Virus record (IMG/VR): IMGVR_UViG_3300031749_000006
Span: 1 to 52,050 of that record
Direction: 5' to 3' (one strand)
Source of the DNA: a virus
Lineage: Duplodnaviria > Caudoviricetes
Length of the DNA: 52,050 nt
The notes beneath the pieces were generated by a model. That model saw only the letters and a program-made list of their open reading frames with translations, was not told where the DNA came from and did no database searches. Below, piece by piece: positions 18,928-27,678 of the stretch. The translations under genes and the position numbers were made by a program. Position 1 is the first letter of the stretch. Each line of letters starts with the position of its first letter.

Positions 18928-19860
18928 TCAGCTGAGCCAGGGGTTCTCCACCGGCTTCGCCAGCCCACGGAAGGTGTTGGACACCGTGCCGCCGGAGGCG
19001 AGCGGATCGCCGGCCGGCAGGAACTGGTTTTCGCAGTAGGCGCGCGCGGCGGGCGCCAGGGAGGGAGGCACCACGAGGAGAAGCCCGGTCATCCCGATGC
19101 CCATCGGCGCGCCGTTCGGGCGCCGCAGGCTCATCATCGTCGCGCGGGCGCTTTCGAGGTTCGCCAGCGTGAGCGCCGCGTCCGAGCGGAACGCCAGCTG
19201 CCAGAGGCCGTAGCCGGCGTTCGAGCGGCCATCGACACCCCACACGAACTCATCCTCGAAGAACGTGGTCTCGTCCGTGAGGCTGAATTTCGGGATCACC
19301 CGGAACGGACGGCGCGTCTGGTAGATGAACGGCTTCTGGATGCGGCTGCCGTCGATCAGATACCAGCTCGGATTGCCGGTGCCCGCCTGATAGTTGGCGA
19401 CCGTCGTCGCCGCGCCGGTGGCCGTATAGTTCGGGTGCGCGGTGTCGAAGAAGTTCTGGCCGTCATAGGTCAGTGTGGCGTGGCCCTGCGTGAAGAGCTG
19501 GCTGACCAGATTGTCGGGGACCTGGCCGGCGTCCTGGCCCAGCTGCTCGGCGATCGGACGCAGGATGCCGTAGCGATCGTCCTCGATGTCCTCGCGCTTG
19601 ATACCGATGGTCTCCTCGAACGTCTTGTTCGAGATCGAGAAGGTCTCAAGGCTCACGGTGTTGACGACGCGGTCGCCGATCCACTCGCGCAGGCCCGGCA
19701 GCATGTCGAGGCGCGGATACACCTCGGCGCGGCCGGTGCTCGGCTGTTCGTAGGTGAAGCTCTTGTAGATCGACGGCGCCGCGTAGAGCTGCGTGTCGAA
19801 CGCCAGGCTGACCGCGTCATTGATCGACTGGAGCAGCGGGAAGGTGATGACAGATGCCAT
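18928..19860 (-). CDS. Major head protein (Mu gpT-like)
   Basis: LREWIGDR, N..FE.TI...R.DIEDD.YG, YDGQNFFDT.H, GVDGR.NAGYG.WQLA. Confidence 0.95.
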   Translation of the reverse strand: MASVITFPLLQSINDAVSLAFDTQLYAAPSIYKSFTYEQPSTGRAEVYPRLDMLPGLREWIGDRVVNTVSLETFSISNKTFEETIGIKREDIEDDRYGILRPIAEQLGQDAGQVPDNLVSQLFTQGHATLTYDGQNFFDTAHPNYTATGAATTVANYQAGTGNPSWYLIDGSRIQKPFIYQTRRPFRVIPKFSLTDETTFFEDEFVWGVDGRSNAGYGLWQLAFRSDAALTLANLESARATMMSLRRPNGAPMGIGMTGLLLVVPPSLAPAARAYCENQFLPAGDPLASGGTVSNTFRGLAKPVENPWLS

Positions 19861-19866
19861 GAGTTA

Positions 19867-20283
19867 TCAGGCCCCCTCGAGCAGAACCCAGGTCTGCCCG
19901 TTCTCGATGCCATTGATCTTGCCGATCGGCGCGGTGAAACCGGACGTCGGCGCGGTCAGGGTGAAGGTGTTGTCGTCGGTCGCGTAGACCTCGGCATTGA
20001 TGTTCGCGACCCCGGCCGAGCCGACCGCGAGAGCGAACGACCCGCGCTCGGCGACGATCGTCGCCCCCGCCGTGGCGGACGCCGAGTTGTCGTAGGTCGC
20101 CGTCGCGAGACCGGCGAACACCGCCGCTCCGGCCGTCTGCGGGCGCACAAGCTCGCCGCTGGAATTGAGGCAGACGATACCGCCGCGGAAGATCTTCTCG
20201 CCGGGCGCCACCGGATAGCCGAAGTCGCTGCGCCCGAAGCGCTGGCCGCGGCGCGGCACCTTGGCGTCGGATGTGAGTGCCAT
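19867..20283 (-). CDS. Putative head decoration protein
   Basis: Between protease and gpT; MALTSD...PVA...VYATDDNT. Confidence 0.65.
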   Translation of the reverse strand: MALTSDAKVPRRGQRFGRSDFGYPVAPGEKIFRGGIVCLNSSGELVRPQTAGAAVFAGLATATYDNSASATAGATIVAERGSFALAVGSAGVANINAEVYATDDNTFTLTAPTSGFTAPIGKINGIENGQTWVLLEGA

Positions 20284-20811
20284 TTACGCCTCCTTTTCCC
20301 GCTCGGCGCGCTTCTTGCGCCACTCGGCGAGCTGCTCCTTGGTGAGGCCGAATTTCGACATCACCTCTTTGTCCTCGGCGCTCATCATCTCGGTGCCACC
20401 GCCAGACGGCGCCGGGGAGAAGCGCCCATCGGCGCCGCGCGCGTTGATCGACGGCATTTCGTCGATCATCTTCTCGGTCGCCTCCGGGTCCTGCGCGTGA
20501 AGCGCGATCATGCGATCGCGGACGCTCTGGGCCGCGATCGGCTTGCCGGCGGCGATGGCGCCGTCGACGAAGCGACGGGCGGCTTCTTCAGCAGCAGTCT
20601 TCACCATGGTGTCGACGCGCGCCTGCAGGGCGACATGCTCCTCGAGCGGCACATACTTCGTGCCGAGCTCGGCGAGCTGCTTGTCCTTGTCGGTCAGCTG
20701 CTGCGCCTGTAGCGCCACCTGCTGGCGCCCGGTTTCCATGGCGGCGAGGCAAGCCGCCTCGTCCGCCGTGTCCGGAAGGCCGAGAACCTTCCTGACGGTG
20801 GCGATGTCCAT
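20284..20811 (-). CDS. Internal-start scaffolding protein (Mu gpZ-like)
   Basis: AAGGAG RBS before an in-frame ATG at 20811 (MDIATVRKVLGL), as for Mu I/Z. Confidence 0.65.
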   Translation of the reverse strand: MDIATVRKVLGLPDTADEAACLAAMETGRQQVALQAQQLTDKDKQLAELGTKYVPLEEHVALQARVDTMVKTAAEEAARRFVDGAIAAGKPIAAQSVRDRMIALHAQDPEATEKMIDEMPSINARGADGRFSPAPSGGGTEMMSAEDKEVMSKFGLTKEQLAEWRKKRAEREKEA

Positions 20812-21531
20812 ATCCGCTCCTTCCGAGTGTGCGGCGCCAGTCCAGCCGCTGGTGTCCATCCCGAGCTTCCGTGCGCGGGCGAGAATGCGACGACGCGCTT
20901 CCGCGCGCTCCGCATCGGTGAGGTCTGCCGTCCGATCCACCATGTCCCACGCCAGCTCGACGTGGTCGGGATCGCGGATGATCAGCTGCCGCTTCTCCGG
21001 GACCGCGAACATGTCGGCGGGGAGCTTCGCGCGCTCCTCGGCCGAGATCCGCGCGTGCAGGGACGCGAGCTGGGTCAGATTGGGGGCGTTGGTGAGGGCG
21101 GCGCGCAGGATCCTGGTGACGCGCCCACCCCGGGCGTGGGTGTAGACGGGGGAAATCCCGCGATACGACTTGTCGGCCATCAGCGCGGTGCCGGACTGCG
21201 TCCATTCGACGCGCCCCCAGATGCCACCCGCGCGCGGATCGTCGCCGCGGTTGGCGAGATCGACAATCCACCCTCGCGCCGGAGATTCGCCGCCACGCGG
21301 CGCGGCCAGGTCGGTCGCGTGGTTCTCGTCGATCGGCAGCTTGCCCGCTTCCATCGAGACGCGGATCAGATCGTCGGCATCGGCTACATGGTATGGGCCT
21401 CGCCCGTCCGTCCCCGAAAATGTGCCCGGCGGTAGCAGCTGGATCCACTCCGGCGGCGCAGCTTCCGCCGTCGCGTGCAGTGCCACGCCGGGCAAGTCCA
21501 AGAACAGGGAGGAAACGTTCGTCTGATCCAC
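20284..21531 (-). CDS. Head protease/scaffold (Mu gpI-like)
   Basis: PEWIQLLP.G, DGRGP, PIDENH, PARGWI, WGRVEWT, Y..ISP, ALTN.PNL; start placed at GTG 21531 from promoter geometry. Confidence 0.9.
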   Translation of the reverse strand: MDQTNVSSLFLDLPGVALHATAEAAPPEWIQLLPPGTFSGTDGRGPYHVADADDLIRVSMEAGKLPIDENHATDLAAPRGGESPARGWIVDLANRGDDPRAGGIWGRVEWTQSGTALMADKSYRGISPVYTHARGGRVTRILRAALTNAPNLTQLASLHARISAEERAKLPADMFAVPEKRQLIIRDPDHVELAWDMVDRTADLTDAERAEARRRILARARKLGMDTSGWTGAAHSEGADMDIATVRKVLGLPDTADEAACLAAMETGRQQVALQAQQLTDKDKQLAELGTKYVPLEEHVALQARVDTMVKTAAEEAARRFVDGAIAAGKPIAAQSVRDRMIALHAQDPEATEKMIDEMPSINARGADGRFSPAPSGGGTEMMSAEDKEVMSKFGLTKEQLAEWRKKRAEREKEA

Positions 21532-21566
21532 GCGCCCAACGTAGAGGCGCGACGGCATGCGGCCGT

Positions 21567-21582
21567 CCTAACGATGGTTATG
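21567..21582 (-). promoter_or_regulatory. Late promoter activator site upstream of gpI
   Basis: CCTAAC-GATG-GTTATG; TACGTT 23 nt downstream on the minus strand. Confidence 0.65.
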
Positions 21583-21758
21583 ATAGTGGCTGGAGGAGAG
21601 GAGACGGCGCGGGACAGAAGAGCCGATTTTAAGGCCGCTGAGCGGCTTGGTCCGTCAGGACGTCCGGATGGAGCCTAGCACACCCGAAAACCTGATGAAT
21701 ACCGTCTTAGCGTCTCTTAGGAGGCATGTCGTCGTCGCCATGGCAATGAAGTGGCGCA

Positions 21759-22262
21759 TCAGACGCCCAGAAGGCGCCCGAGTAGCCGGTCGACGGTCTC
21801 CAGGATCATCTCCTCATCCTCGTCCGAGATGCCCAGATACGGCCGCGCCGGGATGGTCACCTTGCGGGCGAGGACCAGGTGGCCACCCATCTGGAAGGCG
21901 AGCGCCTTGGCGCGCACCGGCCGGATCGTCGCGCCCCACTGGTGGACACCGGCATAGATCAGCGGCGAGCCGATCCGCAGCGTGTGATAGCCGGCGCGGA
22001 AGGTGATCGACCGCATCAGGGCCGACGACTGGACGAGGGTCGGGCCCGGACGGCGGAACTCGGCATAGGCGGGATTGAGCGGCGCCCAGGGCGTGCCATC
22101 TGGCGCGGTGCCAGACTGAAACCGCGCCTCGGTCGACGCGACGAGGCCGGTGCCGATCGCGTCCAGGAGCGGCTTTGCGTCCCGGTCCAGCATGCGCAGG
22201 CGGTCCATCGCCTCAACAACGCGGCGATCGTCGAAGGTGATTTCAGCGGAGAGGCCGGCCAT
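21759..22262 (-). CDS. Virion morphogenesis protein (Mu gpG-like)
   Basis: RF....PDGTPWAPL, IYAGVHQWG, IPARPYLGIS. Confidence 0.9.
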   Translation of the reverse strand: MAGLSAEITFDDRRVVEAMDRLRMLDRDAKPLLDAIGTGLVASTEARFQSGTAPDGTPWAPLNPAYAEFRRPGPTLVQSSALMRSITFRAGYHTLRIGSPLIYAGVHQWGATIRPVRAKALAFQMGGHLVLARKVTIPARPYLGISDEDEEMILETVDRLLGRLLGV

Positions 22263-23479
22263 CAGCGCAGTGATCCCACCAGGATCGTCACCTGGTCGTC
22301 GTCCTTGCGCGCGACCGTCAGGCTGCACCGGTCCGAGACCAGGAAGAGTGCCCCGGCATTCGTGAACGTTGCGCCGCGCGTGCCCTTGGGCACGATGAGG
22401 CGCAGAAGAAAATCGCGGTCCTTGACGTCGAGGCGCGCGAGCTCGCGCACGATGCTCGCGCCGATCGGTGCGGACGGTCGCCATGCGTCGCCCGGATCGA
22501 GCAGCGCGAGCTCGCGCAATGTCTCTCCACCGATCACGTCCCATGCCGCCACATCCTCCGGCGTCTCGGCGCTTTCCAGTGCGTCCCGCACGGTCTCAGC
22601 ATTGGCGGCCGTCGGCCGCGCGATCGCCCGCTTCTGCTCATCTGTGAGGGCGCCACGCCACGCGTCGGCCTGGGCGCCCAGGATGCGGCGCGCCGCGGCC
22701 GTGGAACGGAATGAATGTGGCTTGGCCGGGAGCGGCACCTGGACGCCAGGGACGGCGCTCACCGGCTCGGCCGACACCGGCGCGCGGCGCCCTTCCTTCC
22801 AGATCTTGCCCGGATTGCCGACCCAGCCAGGATCGACGCCTTCCGGCACGCGGGTGACGACACCCGTCGTCTTGTTCACATACGTGGTCCACTTCGTTTC
22901 CGGGGCGGTGTCGGGCTTCGTCTTGCCCATCCGGCGCAGGCCGCCCTCCGATACGACGCTGGCGATGCACCGGCAGCCCCACCCTTTCGGCGGGTAATGG
23001 GTGTCCCACCACGGATCGTCGGCTTTCAGCGTCAGGCCATTCCACGCCAGGTGCATGATCCGCGGATGCGCCACCGGCGTATGCACGAACTGCCAGTAGG
23101 GAAACGCCTCGAGCGTCTCCGGCCGCGTCATCTGCGCGTAGCGGCCGGCGGCGTAGGCCGTGTTCATGTTGCTCTCGTAGATCACCCGCGCGCGCCATTG
23201 CGGATGACCGTGGTGGACCCATCCGTGGCGTTTCACGATGTCGTCGAAATCGCGCTTGAACGCGCCGAAGCCGGTGCCCTGGGAGATCGCCTTGTCGACC
23301 GCCTGCCGGAAATCCTCGATCAGCGCCTTCTTGGTCGCTCCAGCCACGGCGAAGGCCCGCGCATGCGCCTCGTCCATGACGGCGGTCCAGTGTGCCGAGG
23401 GCATGTTCGTCTTCTGCCGGAAATAATCGACCGCCTCGTCGAACGGCAGCTGGACGGCTTCGGCGGTCGTGCGCGTCAT
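22262..23479 (-). CDS. Head morphogenesis protein MuF with a C-terminal extension
   Basis: F.EAVDYFRQK, H.RAF.VAG, AYAAGRY, WWDTHYPP.GWGCRC, DPGW..NPG. Confidence 0.9.
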   Translation of the reverse strand: MTRTTAEAVQLPFDEAVDYFRQKTNMPSAHWTAVMDEAHARAFAVAGATKKALIEDFRQAVDKAISQGTGFGAFKRDFDDIVKRHGWVHHGHPQWRARVIYESNMNTAYAAGRYAQMTRPETLEAFPYWQFVHTPVAHPRIMHLAWNGLTLKADDPWWDTHYPPKGWGCRCIASVVSEGGLRRMGKTKPDTAPETKWTTYVNKTTGVVTRVPEGVDPGWVGNPGKIWKEGRRAPVSAEPVSAVPGVQVPLPAKPHSFRSTAAARRILGAQADAWRGALTDEQKRAIARPTAANAETVRDALESAETPEDVAAWDVIGGETLRELALLDPGDAWRPSAPIGASIVRELARLDVKDRDFLLRLIVPKGTRGATFTNAGALFLVSDRCSLTVARKDDDQVTILVGSLR

Positions 23480-23715
23480 TTGGCCTCGTCGGACTTTCGC
23501 GCCGCGGCCAGATCACTTCCCCTGATCTGGCAAACGACCTGAGCAACAGTGCGTACCCTGGGCGGGCTCACCTGGTAGAACCGCGCGAGCACCAAGATAT
23601 GCCCGGTCTGATCGGCGTGCCGCTTCGCGTTCGCCGCTGCATTGCGCCCCTCGAACATGCGGCCACAATCCACGCAGGAGGATTTCGACGTGCGCAGTTT
23701 CCGTTCACTTGCCAT
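23476..23715 (-). CDS. Small putative zinc-finger protein
   Basis: CVDC...HADQTGH; overlaps the portal stop and the MuF start. Confidence 0.55.
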   Translation of the reverse strand: MASERKLRTSKSSCVDCGRMFEGRNAAANAKRHADQTGHILVLARFYQVSPPRVRTVAQVVCQIRGSDLAAARKSDEAK

Positions 23716-25414
23716 CCGGACCACTCGCGCGAGCCTCCGAGGAAATCTCGTCCAGCAACGCCGCCTGCCCGGCGAGGTGGGCCAGCGCCATGCCGCGCGC
23801 CATCGCCTCGGCGAACTCGTCGGCGTTCAGGTCGAGCGCCTGCAGCTTCTGCACCGCATCCGGTAGGCTATCCGCCGACTGGAGCGCCACGCGCACCTGG
23901 TCGGCGAGCCCGGCGAGCGCGCCGGTTGCCTCACGGGCGATCCGCGCCTCGAGCGCCTCGAAATCCGCCTGCGCGGGTGCGGCCGCCGTGGCCGCGTGCA
24001 TGGTCAGAAACTGGCCGAACGACCGGCGCGCATGGAGCGCCCGCGTCAGGCTGTCGGGGTTGATTTCCGGGTGCTGGTTGGCGCGGATCTTCAGCACCTC
24101 CTTCGCGATCGGGTTCGTCGTCGCCGGCGACGCGCCGGCAGCTCCACCTGCGCCGGCCGCTGGCATCGCCGGCATCCGGAGAACCTCGTCGTCGCCCTCC
24201 GGTTTTGTCAGCTGCAGCCGTTGCCGGATTTCCTCGGCCTTCACCGTCAGGCCAAACGGCGCGAGGTCCGCGACGCCGGCGATGACGGCATCCAGAGGCG
24301 CCTCTTCCGGCCGGCCGATCTCGATCGTCGGATATGCCTCCTGCGGGCCGAAACTGAACGCGATCATGGGCGCGATGATTTGCCGATCGATGGTGTTCTG
24401 CAGCAGGTCCGCGTCGAACCGCTCGACATCCTGCTCGGCCGCGCGGTGCTCCTGGCCCACGGCGTGGCCGCCATTGACCGCATCCGTGCCGGCCGTCCCT
24501 CCCAGCACGAGCTTCGAGACCTCGTAGTTCAGCCAGTTCGACCGTCCCTCGTAGACCTGAGCGCCCTTTTCGCCCTTGGCTTCGATGAACTCCACCTGCA
24601 TCGAATTCGGAATGATCGCCGCAAGGTCGCCGCCGATCGCGCTGACCGCGCGCCACAGCACGCGCTTGTCGCTCTCGCTCGCTTCCGGGCCGTAGCGCCC
24701 CACGCGCACCGGCATGCCGTAAGCCTGGCAGAAGATCGCCCAGTCGCGCAGCGTGTATGTCGAGAACATCCACATGAAGGCGACCGCCCGGGTGAGGCCG
24801 CTCCTCACGGCCTGTCCCGATTTGAACTTGTGCTGGTGCAGGACGAACTTGTGACGCGCGAGCGGCTCGAAGCCGGTATCGGTGCGTAGCCAGATCGTCT
24901 CGCCGTCCTCCCAGCTCACCTCGAAGAACCGCTGCGGCCGGTAGAGGATCTCGCGCGGCCGAACCAGACCAGGCTTCGTCTCCCAGTCGATCTCGCAGAC
25001 GGAATAGCCCTTGGCGACCGCGTCCAGGACGTCGTAGAGCGCGCTCTTCAGCACCTTGGTGTCGAGCCAGCGCCTCACGAAATCCGCGTGCTTCTCGCCG
25101 TCGGGCACGTCCTCCGCGGCCTTCACCGTGATCGGCAGCTGGCTGACCTGCCGCTTCCGCTTGCTCAGGACGGACGAATAATGCGGGTAGAGCTCCTCGA
25201 TCTCCTCGGCGAGGACCGCATAGTCGAGCGTGGACCCCTGATCGGCCGCCCGCAGGATCGTCGCCAGCCGGAAGGGATTCATCCCGAAGGCGACATGCTG
25301 CGGGAACGGCGGCCGTGCGGACACGAAGCTCGGCGCGGCGATCGACTTCGTCAGGGCGGACCGAGGAATCGGATGGCCGTCCTGGTCGATGATCCTCAGC
25401 ACGTCCTCGGTCAT
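23705..25414 (-). CDS. Portal protein (Mu gp29, DUF935)
   Basis: KRK..V, DA..KGYSV.EI.W, DWA.F...YGMPVRVGRY, SKLVLGGT. Confidence 0.92.
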   Translation of the reverse strand: MTEDVLRIIDQDGHPIPRSALTKSIAAPSFVSARPPFPQHVAFGMNPFRLATILRAADQGSTLDYAVLAEEIEELYPHYSSVLSKRKRQVSQLPITVKAAEDVPDGEKHADFVRRWLDTKVLKSALYDVLDAVAKGYSVCEIDWETKPGLVRPREILYRPQRFFEVSWEDGETIWLRTDTGFEPLARHKFVLHQHKFKSGQAVRSGLTRAVAFMWMFSTYTLRDWAIFCQAYGMPVRVGRYGPEASESDKRVLWRAVSAIGGDLAAIIPNSMQVEFIEAKGEKGAQVYEGRSNWLNYEVSKLVLGGTAGTDAVNGGHAVGQEHRAAEQDVERFDADLLQNTIDRQIIAPMIAFSFGPQEAYPTIEIGRPEEAPLDAVIAGVADLAPFGLTVKAEEIRQRLQLTKPEGDDEVLRMPAMPAAGAGGAAGASPATTNPIAKEVLKIRANQHPEINPDSLTRALHARRSFGQFLTMHAATAAAPAQADFEALEARIAREATGALAGLADQVRVALQSADSLPDAVQKLQALDLNADEFAEAMARGMALAHLAGQAALLDEISSEARASGPDGK

Positions 25415-25614
25415 GTGTGGGCGCCTCCCGCGCCCGCGAGGCGCCGACGCGCCATCTCGGAAATCACGTTTTCCTGCCGCTGGACGGCAGCTTTTCGGGC
25501 GGCTGCCCATGCGCCCAGGCCGTCGATAAACTCGGCCGCGCGCTCGGCCTCCTGAGCTGAGGCGAACTCGGCCGCCAGTTCCTGCTCCGTCATTTCGACA
25601 AGCGGCTTTGTCAC
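25411..25614 (-). CDS. Hypothetical protein (67 aa)
   Basis: GTGA and ATGA overlaps on both sides. Confidence 0.55.
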   Translation of the reverse strand: MTKPLVEMTEQELAAEFASAQEAERAAEFIDGLGAWAAARKAAVQRQENVISEMARRRLAGAGGAHT

Positions 25615-25931
25615 AGCTTCATCTCCCGCACGATCGGGTCCGCGGGATTGAGCTTGAGCGCGAGGCGCGCCGGCATCCGTCGTCGGTATGTCCACGCCAT
25701 CCGCTTCACCCGTTCGACTTCGGCCGCGGTCGGCTTCTCGCGCGCCACATTGATCCGCCGATCCATCTGCTCGAGGAATCGCGCGTCCCCGGATCCTTTC
25801 GGCAAGCCGATCTCCTTCAGCCTGGTGACGGTGAGGCCCAGGAGCGCCCGCTCGCTCTCGGCCATGCGCGCGGCGTCATCTTCGACCGAGGCCGCGTCCA
25901 TTGCGTCCGCGGTGTGCGACGCGAAGCTCAT
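25611..25931 (-). CDS. Hypothetical protein (106 aa)
   Basis: Coupled to the terminase stop. Confidence 0.6.
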   Translation of the reverse strand: MSFASHTADAMDAASVEDDAARMAESERALLGLTVTRLKEIGLPKGSGDARFLEQMDRRINVAREKPTAAEVERVKRMAWTYRRRMPARLALKLNPADPIVREMKL

Positions 25932-27472
25932 CTGAGCATCCCTCCTGACAGATCCGGCAGCCAGCCAGTATTCGCGCGCGGCTCATCCTCGTACGGGTCG
26001 GGCCGGTCGCGCCACGCGCTGGGCGCCTGGCGCCGCACGGCGGCCTCATACTCGTAGACGGCCACGTCCCCACGCGAGGCGGCGTGCGCCAGGACGCAGG
26101 CGATCGCGGAGTCGCCGTGGCGCTTCTCGCCCTTGTCTCCGCTGCGCTCGACCACCTTGGCGATCCCGCGCACCAGCTGGACGGCACGATGGTCGGTCAG
26201 CACATCGCGGTCACGCGGCAGCACGATCGTCGCATCCTCGAAGGCCGCCTTCCAGGGCGGCATGTTCTCTCGATACCAGCCGTCGTTCAGCATCACCGCC
26301 TCGATGCGAGAGCCGAATTTCTGCACCGTCTCCTCGGCCAGCTGCATGCCGAGGCCAGTGGCGTCCATCTTGCCCGCGCGCAGGCGCGGAATGCGCTCGA
26401 GCACATACCAGAGGATCTGGCGCTGCTGGGCGAACGGCATGTTGCGCAGCTCGAAGGTGAACAGCGTGCGCCGCACCAGGTCGGACTGGGTCCCGAGAAA
26501 CCAGCCGGCGGAGAGATCACCGCGGCGCCCGACGTCGAAGCCGAATGTCACCGGCATATCCGGGTCGATCGCCGCCAGCACCGGCTTGAGGGTCTCCTCG
26601 CACCATTCGCGCGCCTCGGCGACGCGCAGGTGCTCCGGCTCCTGGTCGAACGCAGCGGGCGCCTTCCAGCGCAGCACCGGAATGTCGGGTTGCATCCGCG
26701 CCTCGATCAGCGCGCCCGGCAGGAACGAGCCGGAGGATGCGGAGGGAATGCAGAACAGCTCTTCGTCGGCGCCGCTGCCATAGAACTCGATCAGCTCCTG
26801 GCGCCACGCCGCCTCGGCCTCCTTTGACCAGGGCTGCCCGCGCACCAGGCAAACCCGCTGGTAAAGACCGTCTGCGAGCGCGTCGTCGAGCGTGACGCGC
26901 AGGAGGTGGTAGGGGCGACGCCCGGCACGGATATCCTGCACCAGCTGGTTGAACTTGTTCTCGTCGCCGTCATGCGTGCTGATCACCAGCACGCGGCCAC
27001 CCCAGATAAGCAGCGCGAAAGCCGCCTTCAGAACGCCTTCAAGATCCTCATGGAACGCGGCTTCGTCGATGATGACGAGCCCCTGCATGCCGCGCAGGGA
27101 CCGCGGCGACGAGGGGAGAGCCAGCACCTTGAAGCCGGAGGCGAAGCGGATGCGGAATGCCTGGATGGATTTCTCGGGGCGGTCATCCTCGAAGACGATC
27201 TCCTCGACCTCGGCGGCCGCCGGCTCGATCGCGCGCGCCCACTCCGCGACGTAGTCGATGAACTCGCGCGCCATCTCGAGATTGTAGCCGAGATAGAGCA
27301 CATCCATCCCGCCGGCGCCCTTCGTGGCGGAAGCCGTGAGGGCCGCGATCGCCGCGGCGGCCCATGAGTAGCCGATGCGGCGCGACTTCTCTGCGACGAT
27401 GACCGCGTGCTGCGAAACACTGGTCATCAGCAGCTTCTGGTAGTCCAGGAAGACGTCCGGGAGCTGGGTCAC
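25928..27472 (-). CDS. Terminase large subunit (Mu gp28-like)
   Basis: EKSRRIGYSW, LRGMQG.VIIDEAAF, GFDVGR.GD, DATGLG, HGDSAIA. Confidence 0.93.
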   Translation of the reverse strand: MTQLPDVFLDYQKLLMTSVSQHAVIVAEKSRRIGYSWAAAAIAALTASATKGAGGMDVLYLGYNLEMAREFIDYVAEWARAIEPAAAEVEEIVFEDDRPEKSIQAFRIRFASGFKVLALPSSPRSLRGMQGLVIIDEAAFHEDLEGVLKAAFALLIWGGRVLVISTHDGDENKFNQLVQDIRAGRRPYHLLRVTLDDALADGLYQRVCLVRGQPWSKEAEAAWRQELIEFYGSGADEELFCIPSASSGSFLPGALIEARMQPDIPVLRWKAPAAFDQEPEHLRVAEAREWCEETLKPVLAAIDPDMPVTFGFDVGRRGDLSAGWFLGTQSDLVRRTLFTFELRNMPFAQQRQILWYVLERIPRLRAGKMDATGLGMQLAEETVQKFGSRIEAVMLNDGWYRENMPPWKAAFEDATIVLPRDRDVLTDHRAVQLVRGIAKVVERSGDKGEKRHGDSAIACVLAHAASRGDVAVYEYEAAVRRQAPSAWRDRPDPYEDEPRANTGWLPDLSGGMLR

Positions 27473-27678
27473 GACGCGCGCCTCCATCCGTCGCCGTTCA
27501 GCCACGGCCAGCCCTCACGCCGCGCGCACCCGATGCCGCAGTAGGCACGCTCGATCGCACCATTGTCGTTGCGGCCCATGGCGAGGATCGTCACCCCGGG
27601 CGCCTCGCACACAACGCACGGCGTCTCGGCCATGCTGCCGCGAAACGGAACGACCTGAGCGGCCGCCCTCCGCATCAT
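27469..27678 (-). CDS. Small Cys-rich hypothetical protein
   Basis: CVVC...CGIGC; fills the gap between the terminase genes with overlaps. Confidence 0.5.
   Translation of the reverse strand: MMRRAAAQVVPFRGSMAETPCVVCEAPGVTILAMGRNDNGAIERAYCGIGCARREGWPWLNGDGWRRAS

Noticed and set aside
18889-20712. 607-aa plus-strand ORF
   Set aside because: Antisense to gpT, the decoration gene and the scaffold
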